A DNA stretch of 64,000 nt from Hyphomonas sp. (GCA_036804125.1 DAIRTA010000001.1:26005-90004), one strand, 5' to 3'. Positions 21,323-32,178 are shown, counted from the first letter of the stretch. A program made the numbers and translations. Notes: generated from the letters alone by a model not told the origin.

Positions 21323-24300
21323 GTGCTGGCGTTTCAGGGAATGTGCCTATTGGTCAGGCAGACGGCATCGGTCATATTACTCGAGGTGCTCGGCGGCCTC
21401 TTTCTGCTGTTCATGCTGGCTTGCGGCTTCCTTGCACTGAGGCTCTCGGCCGGCCCGATCGAACTCAGCACTTTTCGCCAAGATGTCGAAGCCGCGCTGG
21501 CCACGGCCCGCAGCGGCCGCGAGGTGTCGATCGAGGCCTTGCAGCTCGAATGGTCACCCGAGAGGCGCCGGGTTGAAGTCAGAGGGCGCAACGTCACCCT
21601 GTTCGACGATATGGCGCGCCCGGCAGCCCAAGCCACGAGCGCGCAGATATCACTTGCCGGGCCCGGATTTCTCTTCGGCCGCCCCGAGATCTTGGGCATT
21701 GAGCTTTCAGACGGGTGGATCAGCTTGCGCCAGACAGGACCGCAGCAATGGTCTGTTGCGGGCACCCCTTTACCCTCGGCACTTCCACAACAACCGCCCG
21801 CATCCGCGCAGGCCTGGATTGACGAGGCGCACAGGCTGCTGCCGCAATTCATCGCGACGCTGGATACTTCGGCTCGGGATATCAGCCTCGAGAGAATACG
21901 ATTTGAGGATTTTGAACTTCACATTCACGCCCTGAGCGGGGATCGCCTGGCGACAGTTGCCGATGTGTCAGGCAGGTATGACAGGGACCGCAATAGTCTC
22001 GACCTGTCCCTGGCAGGCCGCGGTTTCGGCCCGGGTATGCCCGCGCGTATTGAGACCGCAGTCACACTGACCTCAAGAATTCAGGAACTGACCGGCCACT
22101 TGGATATCGAAGGCTGGCCTCTTGGCGATCTGGTTGAGCAACTCGGTTTTGCTGGCCCGGGCTTCGAGCAGCTCAATTCTGACATGGCTCTCGCGTTTGG
22201 TTATGCCCCGGCTGCAGGCCTTCAGGATATCACGTTCAGGATCATCACGGGCGCCGGTACGATCGCATTCGGCGATAATGCGCTTCCCGTCTCTAATCTC
22301 ACCTTGGACGGAACATACGACCAGAACGATGACAACTTCCTGATCGAAGCATCCTCTGCGGCTTTCGGGCCGGCTCGGGGAGCGATGCGTATCACCATTG
22401 CCGACGCGCTGCGTTCAGAGGGCTATCGCCGGGCTGAGTTGTCGAGCGGGGCTTTGACGGTTGAGCTTCCCGGTGTCTTCGCGGCTCCTTTTGAGCTGGC
22501 CAGTCTAAGGGCGTCAGGAGAACTGGATTTCGAGCGCCTTGCGGCCCAGGGCGCACGCCTGGCCTTTACCCATGGCGGCGGCGCGTTCGTCTTCTCGGGG
22601 GGGATCGCGCGCAGTCCCGGCGATGAAGGTCAGGCCGGGATATGGACAGGTGAGATCGCCCTCCAGACGATTGGCGCCGTCCCGGTTGAGGCGGTTGTTG
22701 GACTGTGGCCCTTGCAACTGGCGGACGGCGCTCGGCGTTTCGCAGCAGAGCGGATCGAAGGTGGACGTATCATCGGCGCCCAGGGCCGTCTTGTGTTGCC
22801 AGAAGACCGGTCGGCAGGCGACCGGCTTCGGGATGATGACATCGATATTCGCTTCAGCGCTGAAGATGCCACCGTCCGGTTCATGCAGGATCTCCCCCCT
22901 GTCACGGCGGCCCGGGGCAAGGCGCAGCTGACGGGAAACAGCTTTCGTGTGGATGTAGAGGAGGGTGAGTTTGCCGGCTGGACCCTGGAAGAGGGGCATG
23001 TCGATTTCCCGTCCTTCTACCCCGCAGGAGAACCGTTCACGGTTTCTGTACGCGGCGAGGGACCGGCCCGCGAACTGATGCGCGCGATCGCCGAGTCCCG
23101 GCTGGATCTCGACTTCGACGTCAACCGGCTGAGCGGTCAGGGACGAGCGACATTCGAAATGTCGAGGCCTACCCGTTCTGATGTCCGCCCGGAAGACGTG
23201 CGCTGGCGTTCAGAGGGGCGGATTGTTGGAGGCGGACTGGCGAATGCGGCCCTGGGTTTCGACCTCACTGCCGCTGCGGCCCGAATCAGTGCGGACCAGG
23301 AGGCCTTGCGCATCACCGGCGGCGGCAAGGTTGCCACCTCGCCGGTCGAGTTCGATTGGCGCCTGCCGCTTCGAAACGCTTCGGGCAGGTCTTCGCTTTC
23401 GGCGGAGACAGCATTGACACCGGACATTCTGAACCGCTTTGGCTTGACGGGCCGTGCCGTGTTCAGCGGCGATGCGCCCATCAGCCTGAGGGCAGAACTG
23501 GATGGTGAAAAGCTGGACACTGCAGATATCCGCGCGGATCTGACTCCGGCCCGCCTTGACCTGTCCGAGATCGGATGGACCAAGCGCGCGGGCCAGGCTG
23601 CGGCCGCAACTGTCCGGGTCGGTCAGTCTGGGAACGGAACGGCTGCATCCATCACTTTCGATGGCGCCGGCGCAAAGCTTGATGGAAGCTTCCAGCTTGG
23701 ACCGGGTGGCGAGGTCGTAAGCGCAATCCTGCGTGAAGCGTCGATAGAGAACGTCGCGGATCTGGCCGGCAGGATACAGCGCGACACATCGAACCATCTT
23801 GTTGTCAGCTTGTCCGGTGCCCGGCTGAATCTATCGGGCTTGCTCGAAGATCCTGCGCAGTTGATCTCGGATGGTGAGGGAGATGTCACACCCGTCGCGC
23901 TTTCGGCATCGGTTGACCAGCTGATCCTGAGGAGCGGGCTGCGCCTTCGGGATGCGAAAATTGAATTCACCAGCGGACAGGAGGGATTTGAGCGGTTCAC
24001 TGCCGAAGGCCTGGCCCCTGGCGGGGAACGCATCAGCGCCAGAATTGAGGCGAGGCCGGCGGCGGCTCCGGAGATCAGGATCGCATCGGGCGACACGGGC
24101 TTTCTCGCTGGGGCCATCCTCGGCGCCGACTATTTTTCTGGCGGACAGCTTGAGATCACGGGTAGCCTGGAGACAGACCGGACTCCCGGCCGGGTCCTGA
24201 TCCGTATCGATGATACGCGCTTGATCAATGCGCCGTTTCTGACACAGATCCTCTCATTAGCCTCCCTCAGGGGGCTGACGGATGCGCTAGCGGGTGAAGG

Positions 24301-24733
24301 GGTACGTTTTTCACTGATAGAGATACCCCTCGTCTTCAGAAACGGGCGCTACACAATTGATGGGGGCAAGGCTCAGGGGCCAGCGCTCGGCCTCACCGCA
24401 ACGGGATTCGTTGATACACACTCCTCTGTCATCGAGATCGACGGTGTTCTGGTTCCAAGCTTTGGTATGAACACGGCTTTTGGCGGGATTCCGATCATCG
24501 GCGACCTTGTCGTTGGCCGGGATGGAGAAGGGGTGTTTTCGCTGACATACAGCGTTCGCGGAACGCTTGAGCGGGCCAGCGTGGCGGTGAATCCTCTCTC
24601 AGCCCTCGCTCCCGGCGTCGTCCGGCGAATTTTTGAGAATCCCGGTGAAACCGTGATACCGGAAGCTGTGCCCCGGCCCAGGGAGGCCCCAATTCCGGAA
24701 GAACTTCCTGAAATCAAGGAAGAAACATTCTAG
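21323..24733 (+). CDS. YhdP/AsmA-like envelope-spanning protein (start uncertain)
   Basis: N-terminal TM plus LRLS.GPI, long beta-rich body, C-terminal G.LVP...N...G.IPIIG...G.F..TY...G...VNPLS.LAPG..R.IF. Confidence 0.8.
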   Translation: MLAFQGMCLLVRQTASVILLEVLGGLFLLFMLACGFLALRLSAGPIELSTFRQDVEAALATARSGREVSIEALQLEWSPERRRVEVRGRNVTLFDDMARPAAQATSAQISLAGPGFLFGRPEILGIELSDGWISLRQTGPQQWSVAGTPLPSALPQQPPASAQAWIDEAHRLLPQFIATLDTSARDISLERIRFEDFELHIHALSGDRLATVADVSGRYDRDRNSLDLSLAGRGFGPGMPARIETAVTLTSRIQELTGHLDIEGWPLGDLVEQLGFAGPGFEQLNSDMALAFGYAPAAGLQDITFRIITGAGTIAFGDNALPVSNLTLDGTYDQNDDNFLIEASSAAFGPARGAMRITIADALRSEGYRRAELSSGALTVELPGVFAAPFELASLRASGELDFERLAAQGARLAFTHGGGAFVFSGGIARSPGDEGQAGIWTGEIALQTIGAVPVEAVVGLWPLQLADGARRFAAERIEGGRIIGAQGRLVLPEDRSAGDRLRDDDIDIRFSAEDATVRFMQDLPPVTAARGKAQLTGNSFRVDVEEGEFAGWTLEEGHVDFPSFYPAGEPFTVSVRGEGPARELMRAIAESRLDLDFDVNRLSGQGRATFEMSRPTRSDVRPEDVRWRSEGRIVGGGLANAALGFDLTAAAARISADQEALRITGGGKVATSPVEFDWRLPLRNASGRSSLSAETALTPDILNRFGLTGRAVFSGDAPISLRAELDGEKLDTADIRADLTPARLDLSEIGWTKRAGQAAAATVRVGQSGNGTAASITFDGAGAKLDGSFQLGPGGEVVSAILREASIENVADLAGRIQRDTSNHLVVSLSGARLNLSGLLEDPAQLISDGEGDVTPVALSASVDQLILRSGLRLRDAKIEFTSGQEGFERFTAEGLAPGGERISARIEARPAAAPEIRIASGDTGFLAGAILGADYFSGGQLEITGSLETDRTPGRVLIRIDDTRLINAPFLTQILSLASLRGLTDALAGEGVRFSLIEIPLVFRNGRYTIDGGKAQGPALGLTATGFVDTHSSVIEIDGVLVPSFGMNTAFGGIPIIGDLVVGRDGEGVFSLTYSVRGTLERASVAVNPLSALAPGVVRRIFENPGETVIPEAVPRPREAPIPEELPEIKEETF

Positions 24734-25980
24734 GCTATCTTTACGAGCGCATGGCGCTTCTTGCCGGCAGAAAGCTTGATCGCGCCGTCTTTGAGGTCGG
24801 ACAGGGAGAGACTTGCGTTCGGGTCTGAGACCAGCACATCATTGAGGCGAATGGCGCCCTGTTCGATCAGGCGTCGGGCCTCGCCATTGGACTTGGTGAG
24901 CCCGGCAGCCGTACAGGCGGCGGCGACAAGCAGACCTGAATCAAGATCCGCTTGCGGAATAGTGGCTGTCGGTAGCGCGTCGGCGGACTGGCCGGCACTG
25001 AAGACCGCCATTGCTGCGGCCTCGGCCTCCTGCGCGGCGGCCTCGCCATGCAGAAGGGTCGTTGCGGCATTGGCGAGGGCGATCTTGGCCTGGTTGATCC
25101 CGGCGCCCTTCAGGGCCTCGAGGCGAGCGATTTCGTCCTGATTAAGGTCCGTGAACAGACGCAGGAAGCGCCCGACATCGGCATCTTCGGTGTTGCGCCA
25201 GAACTGCCAGTACTCATAAGGGCTCTTGCGGTCTGCATTCAGCCACACCGCACCGTCTGACGTCTTGCCCATCTTGCCGCCGGAGGCGGTCGTGATGAGG
25301 TGCGCCGTCAGGCCGAACGCCTTGCCACTTTCGACCTTGTGGACGAGATCGACCCCGCCGACGATGTTGCCCCACTGGTCCGACCCGCCAAGCTGCAGCC
25401 GGCAATTGTGCCGTTTGTAGAGTTCAAGAAAGTCGTAGGACTGCATCAGCAGGTAGTTGAACTCAAGGAAGGTGTAGGGCTGCTCCGCGGCCAGACGGCG
25501 CGCGACGGTGTCCTGCTTCACCATCGTGTTGATGGTGAAATGCACGCCGATCTCGCGCAGCAGCTGGATGTAGCCGAGCTTTCCGAGCCACTCGTCATTG
25601 TTGACCATGATCGCGTCTGACGGGCCGTCCCCGAACGTCAGGAAGGGTGAGAAGGCGCGCTTGATACCGGCGATGTTGGCGTTTATCTGGTCGTCGGTCA
25701 GCAGGGGGCGCGACTTTTCCTTGTCGGTGGGGTCGCCGATCTTGGTCGTGCCGCCGCCCATCAGGACGATCGGCTTGCCGCCATGGCGCTGGAAGATGCG
25801 CAGCATCATGATCTGCAGCAGCGAGCCGACATGCAGGCTGTCGGCCGTCGCGTCGAAGCCGATATAGGCCACAGGCGTTCCCGAGGCGCAGTAAGCATCA
25901 AGCTCCGCCTCATGCGTCATCTGCTTGATGAAGCCCCGCCAGCTGAGTTCGCGCAGGAAGCCTGACTTGAATTCCGGCAT
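24730..25980 (-). CDS. tyrS: Tyrosine-tRNA ligase
   Basis: YIGFDATADSLHVG, GGSDQWGNI, KMGKT, C-terminal S4 domain. Confidence 0.98.
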   Translation of the reverse strand: MPEFKSGFLRELSWRGFIKQMTHEAELDAYCASGTPVAYIGFDATADSLHVGSLLQIMMLRIFQRHGGKPIVLMGGGTTKIGDPTDKEKSRPLLTDDQINANIAGIKRAFSPFLTFGDGPSDAIMVNNDEWLGKLGYIQLLREIGVHFTINTMVKQDTVARRLAAEQPYTFLEFNYLLMQSYDFLELYKRHNCRLQLGGSDQWGNIVGGVDLVHKVESGKAFGLTAHLITTASGGKMGKTSDGAVWLNADRKSPYEYWQFWRNTEDADVGRFLRLFTDLNQDEIARLEALKGAGINQAKIALANAATTLLHGEAAAQEAEAAAMAVFSAGQSADALPTATIPQADLDSGLLVAAACTAAGLTKSNGEARRLIEQGAIRLNDVLVSDPNASLSLSDLKDGAIKLSAGKKRHALVKIA

Positions 25981-26022
25981 GATCTGGTGTCTCCGTGACG
26001 GCTCGCGCGCCTAACATGGATT

Positions 26023-27159
26023 GTGAACCGCTTGAACATCACTGACGCAAAAAATGAGCCCGCATGGGTCGCGGGTTTCATGTCCGGCACCTCGCTTGAC
26101 GCCGTGGACGCCGCAATGATCTTGACGGATGGTGAGCAGGTGATGGAATTCGGTCCGGCCGCAGAGCGCCGGTATACTGCCGAGGAACGCCGCATCCTTC
26201 AGGTTGCAACACAGGCGGCACGGGCCTGGAACTGGCAAGGCCGCCCACCCGGAGCAGAATTTCAGGCGGCGGTGGCGGTGATCACACAGACCCATTGCGA
26301 TGCATGGGACATGCTCATCTCGGCCGGGTCAGGCCATAAGCCCGCCCTTGCCGGCGTGCACGGGCAAACCGTGCTGCACCGGCGAGCGAAACACGGACAA
26401 CGCGGAGCCACGCTGCAGCTCATTGATGCGCCCTCGCTTCGCTCCAGGCTGGGTGTCCCGATCGCCTATGATTTTCGGTCTGACGATGTTGCAGCGGGCG
26501 GGCAGGGCGCCCCTCTTGCGCCAGTGTATCATGCGGCACTTCTTGATCGGCTAGGGCCAGGTCCGGCAGGAGTCCTTAATCTCGGCGGTGTTGCCAACAT
26601 CACGTCAAGGCAAGGCGACGGACGGCTTGTGGCCTTTGATACAGGCCCTGCAAACGGGCCGATTGATGAGTGGGTCGAGGGCCATGGACAGGGCAACTGC
26701 GACACGGGTGGCCGATTGGCACATGCAGGCCGGGTTCACGAGGGCTTGCTGGCCCAACTCCTTGATCATCCATGGTTTGCCGAGCCGCCGCCAAAGTCGC
26801 TCGACCGATATGACTTCAATGCCAGCGCAGCGCGTGGCCTGTCTCTTGAGGATGGTGCGGCGACCTTGACAGAATTTTCAGCTGCTGCGGTCGCTGCCGC
26901 ATTTGAGCACCTTCCGGAACCACCCGAACGGATCATTGCCACCGGAGGCGGGCGTCACAACCCTGCGTTGCTGGCGGCGCTTGAGCGGCGTCTGCCTTGC
27001 CCGGTTCAATCTGCAGAAGCGGTGGGATGGCGTGGTGATTCGATCGAGGCCGAGGCATTCGCTTTTCTGGCGGCCCGGACAAGGCGCCAGCTGCCGATCA
27101 GCTGGCCGGAAACGACCGGTGTTCCGGTTCCGCAGAGCGGCGGCCGGATAGTGGCCTAA
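26023..27159 (+). CDS. anmK: Anhydro-N-acetylmuramic acid kinase
   Basis: MSGTSLD, HGQTV.H, DFR..D.AAGGQGAPL.P, NLGGVAN, FDTGP.N, EA.AFA; divergent from tyrS. Confidence 0.96.
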   Translation: MNRLNITDAKNEPAWVAGFMSGTSLDAVDAAMILTDGEQVMEFGPAAERRYTAEERRILQVATQAARAWNWQGRPPGAEFQAAVAVITQTHCDAWDMLISAGSGHKPALAGVHGQTVLHRRAKHGQRGATLQLIDAPSLRSRLGVPIAYDFRSDDVAAGGQGAPLAPVYHAALLDRLGPGPAGVLNLGGVANITSRQGDGRLVAFDTGPANGPIDEWVEGHGQGNCDTGGRLAHAGRVHEGLLAQLLDHPWFAEPPPKSLDRYDFNASAARGLSLEDGAATLTEFSAAAVAAAFEHLPEPPERIIATGGGRHNPALLAALERRLPCPVQSAEAVGWRGDSIEAEAFAFLAARTRRQLPISWPETTGVPVPQSGGRIVA

Positions 27160-27869
27160 TCGTCCGTATCGTCCTCGATCAGTTCGACCTCGCCGTCTTC
27201 TTCAGCCTCAAGCCGCAATTCCTGCTCTGCTTCCGCAAGGCGCTGAAGGAGATAGTCCTCGCAAAGCGCGATGAGTTCCTCACGCTGGTTTTCGTAGAAG
27301 TGGTTGGCCCCTTTGACGCGCGCCCTGTCGACCCGGTGTCCCTTCTGGACCCGCACCTTGCTGAGAGCGCGCTCCACATCTTCCGGCGAGGCGATCGAAT
27401 CGGCATCGCCAGCCACAATCAGGCCCGAAGCGGGACAAGGCGCAAGGAAGGACAGGTCATAATGATTGGCAGGCGGGGATATCGCAAAGAAACCGTCGAT
27501 TTCGGGACGTCGCATCAGGAGTTGCAGCGTGATCCAGGCCCCGAACGAGAAGCCGGCGCACCAGACAAGACGCGGCGATTCTGACAGGTTCTCGAGATAA
27601 TCGAGCACATAGGCGGCATCCTCCAGCTCACCGATACCCTGATCATAGACCCCCTGGCTGCGGCCAACCCCACGGGAATTGTAGCGCAAGACGCCGAATC
27701 CGTGGCGCTCGAACAGCTGGTAAAGCAGGATCGTAATCGGGTCCTGCATCGTACCTCCAGCCTTGGGGTGCGGGTGCAGGATCAGGGCGATCGGCGCCCC
27801 CGGATACGGCGGCGCGGTGTAGCGCGCTTCGATACGCCCCTGAGGCCCCGGAATAATAAGTTCGGCCAT
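27156..27869 (-). CDS. Alpha/beta-fold hydrolase of the family linked to suf loci (start ATG 27869)
   Basis: GP.GRIE, HPHP..GGTM, R.NSRGVGRS.G, GFSFG nucleophile elbow, GDAD, GANHF. Confidence 0.9.
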   Translation of the reverse strand: MAELIIPGPQGRIEARYTAPPYPGAPIALILHPHPKAGGTMQDPITILLYQLFERHGFGVLRYNSRGVGRSQGVYDQGIGELEDAAYVLDYLENLSESPRLVWCAGFSFGAWITLQLLMRRPEIDGFFAISPPANHYDLSFLAPCPASGLIVAGDADSIASPEDVERALSKVRVQKGHRVDRARVKGANHFYENQREELIALCEDYLLQRLAEAEQELRLEAEEDGEVELIEDDTDD

Positions 27870-28012
27870 CTGATCCTCGGTTTTCTGAAGTGAAGCGGGC
27901 GAGATAGGCCAAAACCGCCTGAAAAAGCAAATTTTTCTGCACCCCTGTCTTTTGCTGTTGGCCAGCACGGTCAGGTGATATGATCCGGCGTCACAGGTGG
28001 AGGAAGAGTCTT

Positions 28013-28600
28013 ATGAAAATCAAAGCATTGGTATTGTTATGCTCGGTGTTTGCAGCTTCGGCGTGCGCAGGTGTGCCCGAGCCGGCTGCAGCGCCGGAGG
28101 CCGCGCCAGCAATTGCGGAAGCTGTAGATAGTCCGCTTTCGTTTCTGTTCGGGGAATGGGTCGGCACGGCGAAGGGGATCGGGGCTGACCGGCAGCCTTA
28201 TGTAGTTGTTCAGACCGAACGGGTCGGCCCCATGCTCGATGGCGAAGTCACGGTGATCGAAGGGCGCGGTTACGACGCGGATGGCTCGGTGCAGTTCAAT
28301 GCGCTTGCAGTGGTCTCGCGCAATTCCCAAACGGGTGAATGGGAAATGCGCAGCTATAGCGGCGGTAACTCGGGCACGTTTCCATTCGCGCCAACTGGTT
28401 CGGGATTCCAGTGGAGCGTCCAGGCAGGTCCGGGCGCGCGGATGGTGTACACCGCTACGATCGCCGACGGTAAGTGGGATCAGATCGGTGAATTTGTGCC
28501 CGAGGGTGGCGAGCCGATTCAGGTCTTTGAAATGAACCTTGTACGGACAGGCGACACAGGTTGGCCCGCTGCGGGCTTTGTCCGCCCGCCCGCCAACTAG
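28013..28600 (+). CDS. Predicted lipoprotein, DUF1579-like beta-barrel
   Basis: SD GGAGG; signal peptide ending ASAC; L.FL.GEW.G and FEM.L.R patterns. Confidence 0.65.
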   Translation: MKIKALVLLCSVFAASACAGVPEPAAAPEAAPAIAEAVDSPLSFLFGEWVGTAKGIGADRQPYVVVQTERVGPMLDGEVTVIEGRGYDADGSVQFNALAVVSRNSQTGEWEMRSYSGGNSGTFPFAPTGSGFQWSVQAGPGARMVYTATIADGKWDQIGEFVPEGGEPIQVFEMNLVRTGDTGWPAAGFVRPPAN

Positions 28601-28618
28601 GCCCGGCCGCAGGAAGCC

Positions 28619-28647
28619 CGTGCAATCAGGGGGCTACCGGCCTATAT
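28619..28647 (+). promoter_or_regulatory. RpoD/RpoH-type promoter, probably giving a leaderless desulfurase mRNA
   Basis: CGTGCA-N16-CCTATAT, 7 nt before ATG 28655; no SD. Confidence 0.55.
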
Positions 28648-28654
28648 AGGCACC

Positions 28655-29800
28655 ATGATTTACGCCGATTACAACGCCACAGCGCCACTGAGGCCGGAAG
28701 CGCGCGCAGCCATGCTCGCCGCCATCGATCTGGGGGCTACAAACCCGTCTTCTGTCCACACGGCCGGCCGGGCCGCGCGCGCGATCGTGGAAAAGGCCCG
28801 GGGGGAGGTCGGCGCCGCCATTGGTTCACGTGCTGAAGACATTGTATTCACGTCCGGTGGAACTGAATCCCTCGCCCTCGCCATTCAGGGCGCCGTTTCT
28901 GCACTGGGCGGGGCGGTCACCCTCATCGTCTCGGCGATCGAGCATGACGCCGCCACCAAGGCCGCCGCCTATGCCGGCGTGCCGGTAGAAACCGCCTATG
29001 TGCTGCCCAACGGCCAGGTGAACCTTGAAGACCTGAAAACCCGCCTCGCCAGTTGGGACAAGGCCGCCAAGGGCACACCCATCCTCGTCCTGATGCTGGC
29101 CAATAATGAGACCGGCGTCCTCCAGCCTGTGTCCGAGGCCGCCGCTCTCCTGCGCGAGGCGGGCGGGCTGACAGTCTGTGACGCGGTGCAGGGTCTCGGC
29201 AAAGTGCCCGTCAATGCTGCTCTCCTTGGGGTCGACTACCTCGTTTTCTCGGGTCACAAGGTTGGCGGGCCGCAGGGTACAGGTGCCCTATGGCACCGAC
29301 CCGGCGCCCCGCTTAAGGCCATTTTGCATGGCGGCGGACAGGAACGAGGCCTCCGCTCCGGCACCGAGAATGTCGCAGGGATTGCCGGGTTTGGGGCCTC
29401 CGCTCTGGCAGCCGTGCGCGATTTGCCCACCTATGCGAGGCTCGCGGCATATCGCGATGCCATGGAGGCTCGTTTGAAGACAGAGGGCGGGGTGCTCGTC
29501 ATGGGTGAGACAAGCCCTCGGCTAGCTGCGACCTCCTGCTTTGCGCATAAGGGCCTACGGGCCGAGACGCAGGTTATGGCGCTTGACCTGGCCGGCATAT
29601 GTGTTTCGGCTGGCTCGGCCTGCTCCTCCGGCAAGGTGAAAAGGTCGCTTGTCCTGATGGCGATGGGCGCAGATGACGCGCTTGCGCAATCCGCAATCCG
29701 CACCAGCTTTGGCTGGGACACCAAGCCGGAAGATTTCGGGCGGGTCGCCGATGCTTGGCTCGATATGGCCCGGAGAACAGTCTTGAGGGAATCCGCGTAA
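28655..29800 (+). CDS. iscS: Group I cysteine desulfurase (NifS/IscS-like)
   Basis: Y.DYNAT, FTSGGTE, ANNETG, SGHK.GGP (PLP Lys), GSACSSG (catalytic Cys). Confidence 0.92.
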   Translation: MIYADYNATAPLRPEARAAMLAAIDLGATNPSSVHTAGRAARAIVEKARGEVGAAIGSRAEDIVFTSGGTESLALAIQGAVSALGGAVTLIVSAIEHDAATKAAAYAGVPVETAYVLPNGQVNLEDLKTRLASWDKAAKGTPILVLMLANNETGVLQPVSEAAALLREAGGLTVCDAVQGLGKVPVNAALLGVDYLVFSGHKVGGPQGTGALWHRPGAPLKAILHGGGQERGLRSGTENVAGIAGFGASALAAVRDLPTYARLAAYRDAMEARLKTEGGVLVMGETSPRLAATSCFAHKGLRAETQVMALDLAGICVSAGSACSSGKVKRSLVLMAMGADDALAQSAIRTSFGWDTKPEDFGRVADAWLDMARRTVLRESA

Positions 29801-31362
29801 TGGAATGCTGCGGTGGAATAGACGGGCATGATGACGACTGCACCGAGGTCAAGGTGAAGGACGGCATTGATGCGAAGACGGTCGAGGCGGCGAAACGCCT
29901 TGAATCAGAGAATTACTCTGCCGGCTTCGTCACCGATATCGAGATGGACATGGCGCCCAAGGGCCTGTCGGAAGACACTGTGCGTTTCATCTCCGCAAAG
30001 AAGAATGAGCCGGACTGGCTGCTCGACTGGCGCCTGGAGGCGTTCCGCCGCTGGCTGACGATGGAAGAGCCGACCTGGGCGCGGGTCAACTATCCGAAGA
30101 TCGACTACCAGTCTTATTATTATTACGCCGCGCCGAAAGCCGGGGCAAAATACCAATCGCTCGATGAGGTGCCGAAGGAAATCCTCGAGACGTATGAGAA
30201 ACTCGGCATCCCGCTCCGCGAAGCCGAAGTGCTCCTCGGTGTTGAAGGGGCGGCAGAAACCGCAGCCGCAGCGCGCGAGAAGCCGCGTGTGGCTGTAGAC
30301 GCTGTTTTTGACTCGGTCTCAGTCGCAACAACATTTCGCGAGGAACTCAAGAAGGCCGGCGTGATCTTCATGTCGATATCGGAGGCCGTGCACGAATACC
30401 CTGAACTCGTGAAGAAGTATATTGGCACAGTTGTTCCGCAGTCCGATAATTTCTTCGCGACCTTGAACTCGGCAGTTTTTTCTGACGGCACGTTCGTTTA
30501 TGTTCCAAAGGGCGTGCGCTGCCCGATGGAGCTGTCGACCTATTTCCGTATGAATGCGGAAAATACCGGACAATTTGAGCGCACACTGATCATTGCCGAT
30601 GAGGGCGCCTATGTCTCATACCTGGAGGGCTGCACGGCGCCTATGCGCGACGAGAACCAGCTGCACGCTGCCGTCGTGGAGCTCGTTGCCCATGACGATG
30701 CCGAGATCAAGTATTCGACCGTACAGAACTGGTGGCCTGGGGATGAAGACGGCAGGGGGGGTATCTACAATTTCGTGACCAAGCGCGGCGATTGCCGGGG
30801 CGCGCGCTCAAAGATCTCGTGGACCCAGGTGGAAACCGGTTCTGCCATCACCTGGAAGTATCCGTCCTGTGTGCTCCGCGGGGATGACTCGGTTGGCGAA
30901 TTTTATTCGATCGCTGTAACGAACGGACGGCAGCAGGCCGATACAGGCACCAAGATGATTCATCTCGGCAAGCGCACGAAAAGCCGGATCATCTCCAAGG
31001 GCATTTCGGCGGGCAAGTCTGAGAATACCTATCGCGGCCTCGTTTCAGTGCACAAGAAGGCCGAGGGCGCGCGCAACTTCACCCAGTGCGACAGCCTGCT
31101 GATCGGCGATCGCTGCGGCGCTCACACAGTGCCCTATGTCGAGAATCGCCGCGCCGATGCCCAGCTCGAGCATGAGGCAACCACGACCAAGCTGTCTGAA
31201 GACCAGCTGTTCTACGTGCGTCAGCGCGGCATCGGGGAGGAGCAGGCGGTTGCGCTGCTCGTTAACGGCTTCGTGCGCGAAGTGCTGCAGGAATTGCCCA
31301 TGGAGTTTGCCGTCGAGGCACAGAAGCTGCTGGAAGTCAGCCTTGAGGGGAGCGTGGGCTAA
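29800..31362 (+). CDS. sufB: Fe-S cluster assembly scaffold SufB (start at TAATG overlap)
   Basis: [62 protein letters not shown]; no intein. Confidence 0.98.
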   Translation: MECCGGIDGHDDDCTEVKVKDGIDAKTVEAAKRLESENYSAGFVTDIEMDMAPKGLSEDTVRFISAKKNEPDWLLDWRLEAFRRWLTMEEPTWARVNYPKIDYQSYYYYAAPKAGAKYQSLDEVPKEILETYEKLGIPLREAEVLLGVEGAAETAAAAREKPRVAVDAVFDSVSVATTFREELKKAGVIFMSISEAVHEYPELVKKYIGTVVPQSDNFFATLNSAVFSDGTFVYVPKGVRCPMELSTYFRMNAENTGQFERTLIIADEGAYVSYLEGCTAPMRDENQLHAAVVELVAHDDAEIKYSTVQNWWPGDEDGRGGIYNFVTKRGDCRGARSKISWTQVETGSAITWKYPSCVLRGDDSVGEFYSIAVTNGRQQADTGTKMIHLGKRTKSRIISKGISAGKSENTYRGLVSVHKKAEGARNFTQCDSLLIGDRCGAHTVPYVENRRADAQLEHEATTTKLSEDQLFYVRQRGIGEEQAVALLVNGFVREVLQELPMEFAVEAQKLLEVSLEGSVG

Positions 31363-31416
31363 GGTCGCCGCTGCTTTCCGCTTCCCATGCAGCCGTCACA
31401 GCCCTACATCAGCGCC

Positions 31417-32178
31417 ATGTTGAAGATTGAAAATCTGAGTGTTTCTGTCGGTGAAAGCGAAAGCCCGAAACCGATTCTCACGGGCTTCTCGCTTGAGGTG
31501 CCCGCAGGCGAGATTCATGCGCTCATGGGACCGAACGGCGCAGGTAAGTCGACCCTGTCCTATGTCCTGACCGGCCGGGAGGGATACAAGGTCACCGGAG
31601 GTACGGCAGAACTGGACGACGCCGATCTTCTCGCAATGGATCCTGAGGCGCGCGCGGCCAGGGGCTTGTTCCTGTCTTTCCAGTATCCTGTCGAAATTCC
31701 GGGCGTGCCTGTCATGACCTTTGTGCGCACAGCCATGAATGCTCAGCGCAAGGCGCGCGGCGAACCGGAAATCTCAGCGCCCGATTTCATCAAGCGGTCG
31801 CGCGAGGTGGCAAGGCTTCTCAACTTTGACCCGGAAATGCTTAAGCGCCCGGTGAATGTCGGCTTTTCCGGAGGGGAAAAGAAGCGTCTGGAAATCTACC
31901 AGATGATGATGCTGGAGCCCCGTTTCATGGTGCTGGACGAAACCGATTCCGGCCTCGATATTGATGCGCTGCGCACTGTAGCTGAAGGCGTCAATGCCCT
32001 TCGCGCAGCGGATCGCGGCATGCTTGTTATCACCCATTATCAGCGGCTGCTCGATTACATCAAACCGGACAAGGTGCATGTGCTCGCTATGGGCCGCATC
32101 ATCAAGACCGGTGGCCCGGAGCTTGCGCACCGGCTTGAAAAAGAGGGCTATGATGGCGTCATGGCGGAGACAGTGTGA
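31417..32178 (+). CDS. sufC: Fe-S assembly ATPase SufC (start ATG 31417)
   Basis: MGPNGAGKST, FQYPVEIPGV, NVGFSGGEKKR, LDETDSGLDID, ITHYQRLL. Confidence 0.98.
   Translation: MLKIENLSVSVGESESPKPILTGFSLEVPAGEIHALMGPNGAGKSTLSYVLTGREGYKVTGGTAELDDADLLAMDPEARAARGLFLSFQYPVEIPGVPVMTFVRTAMNAQRKARGEPEISAPDFIKRSREVARLLNFDPEMLKRPVNVGFSGGEKKRLEIYQMMMLEPRFMVLDETDSGLDIDALRTVAEGVNALRAADRGMLVITHYQRLLDYIKPDKVHVLAMGRIIKTGGPELAHRLEKEGYDGVMAETV

Noticed and set aside
24730..24733. Overlapping stops of convergent genes (yhdP-like/tyrS; also anmK/hydrolase)
   Set aside because: Common in compact genomes.
29800..31362. Intein or frameshift in sufB
   Set aside because: The ORF is continuous and of normal length, with no splicing motifs.
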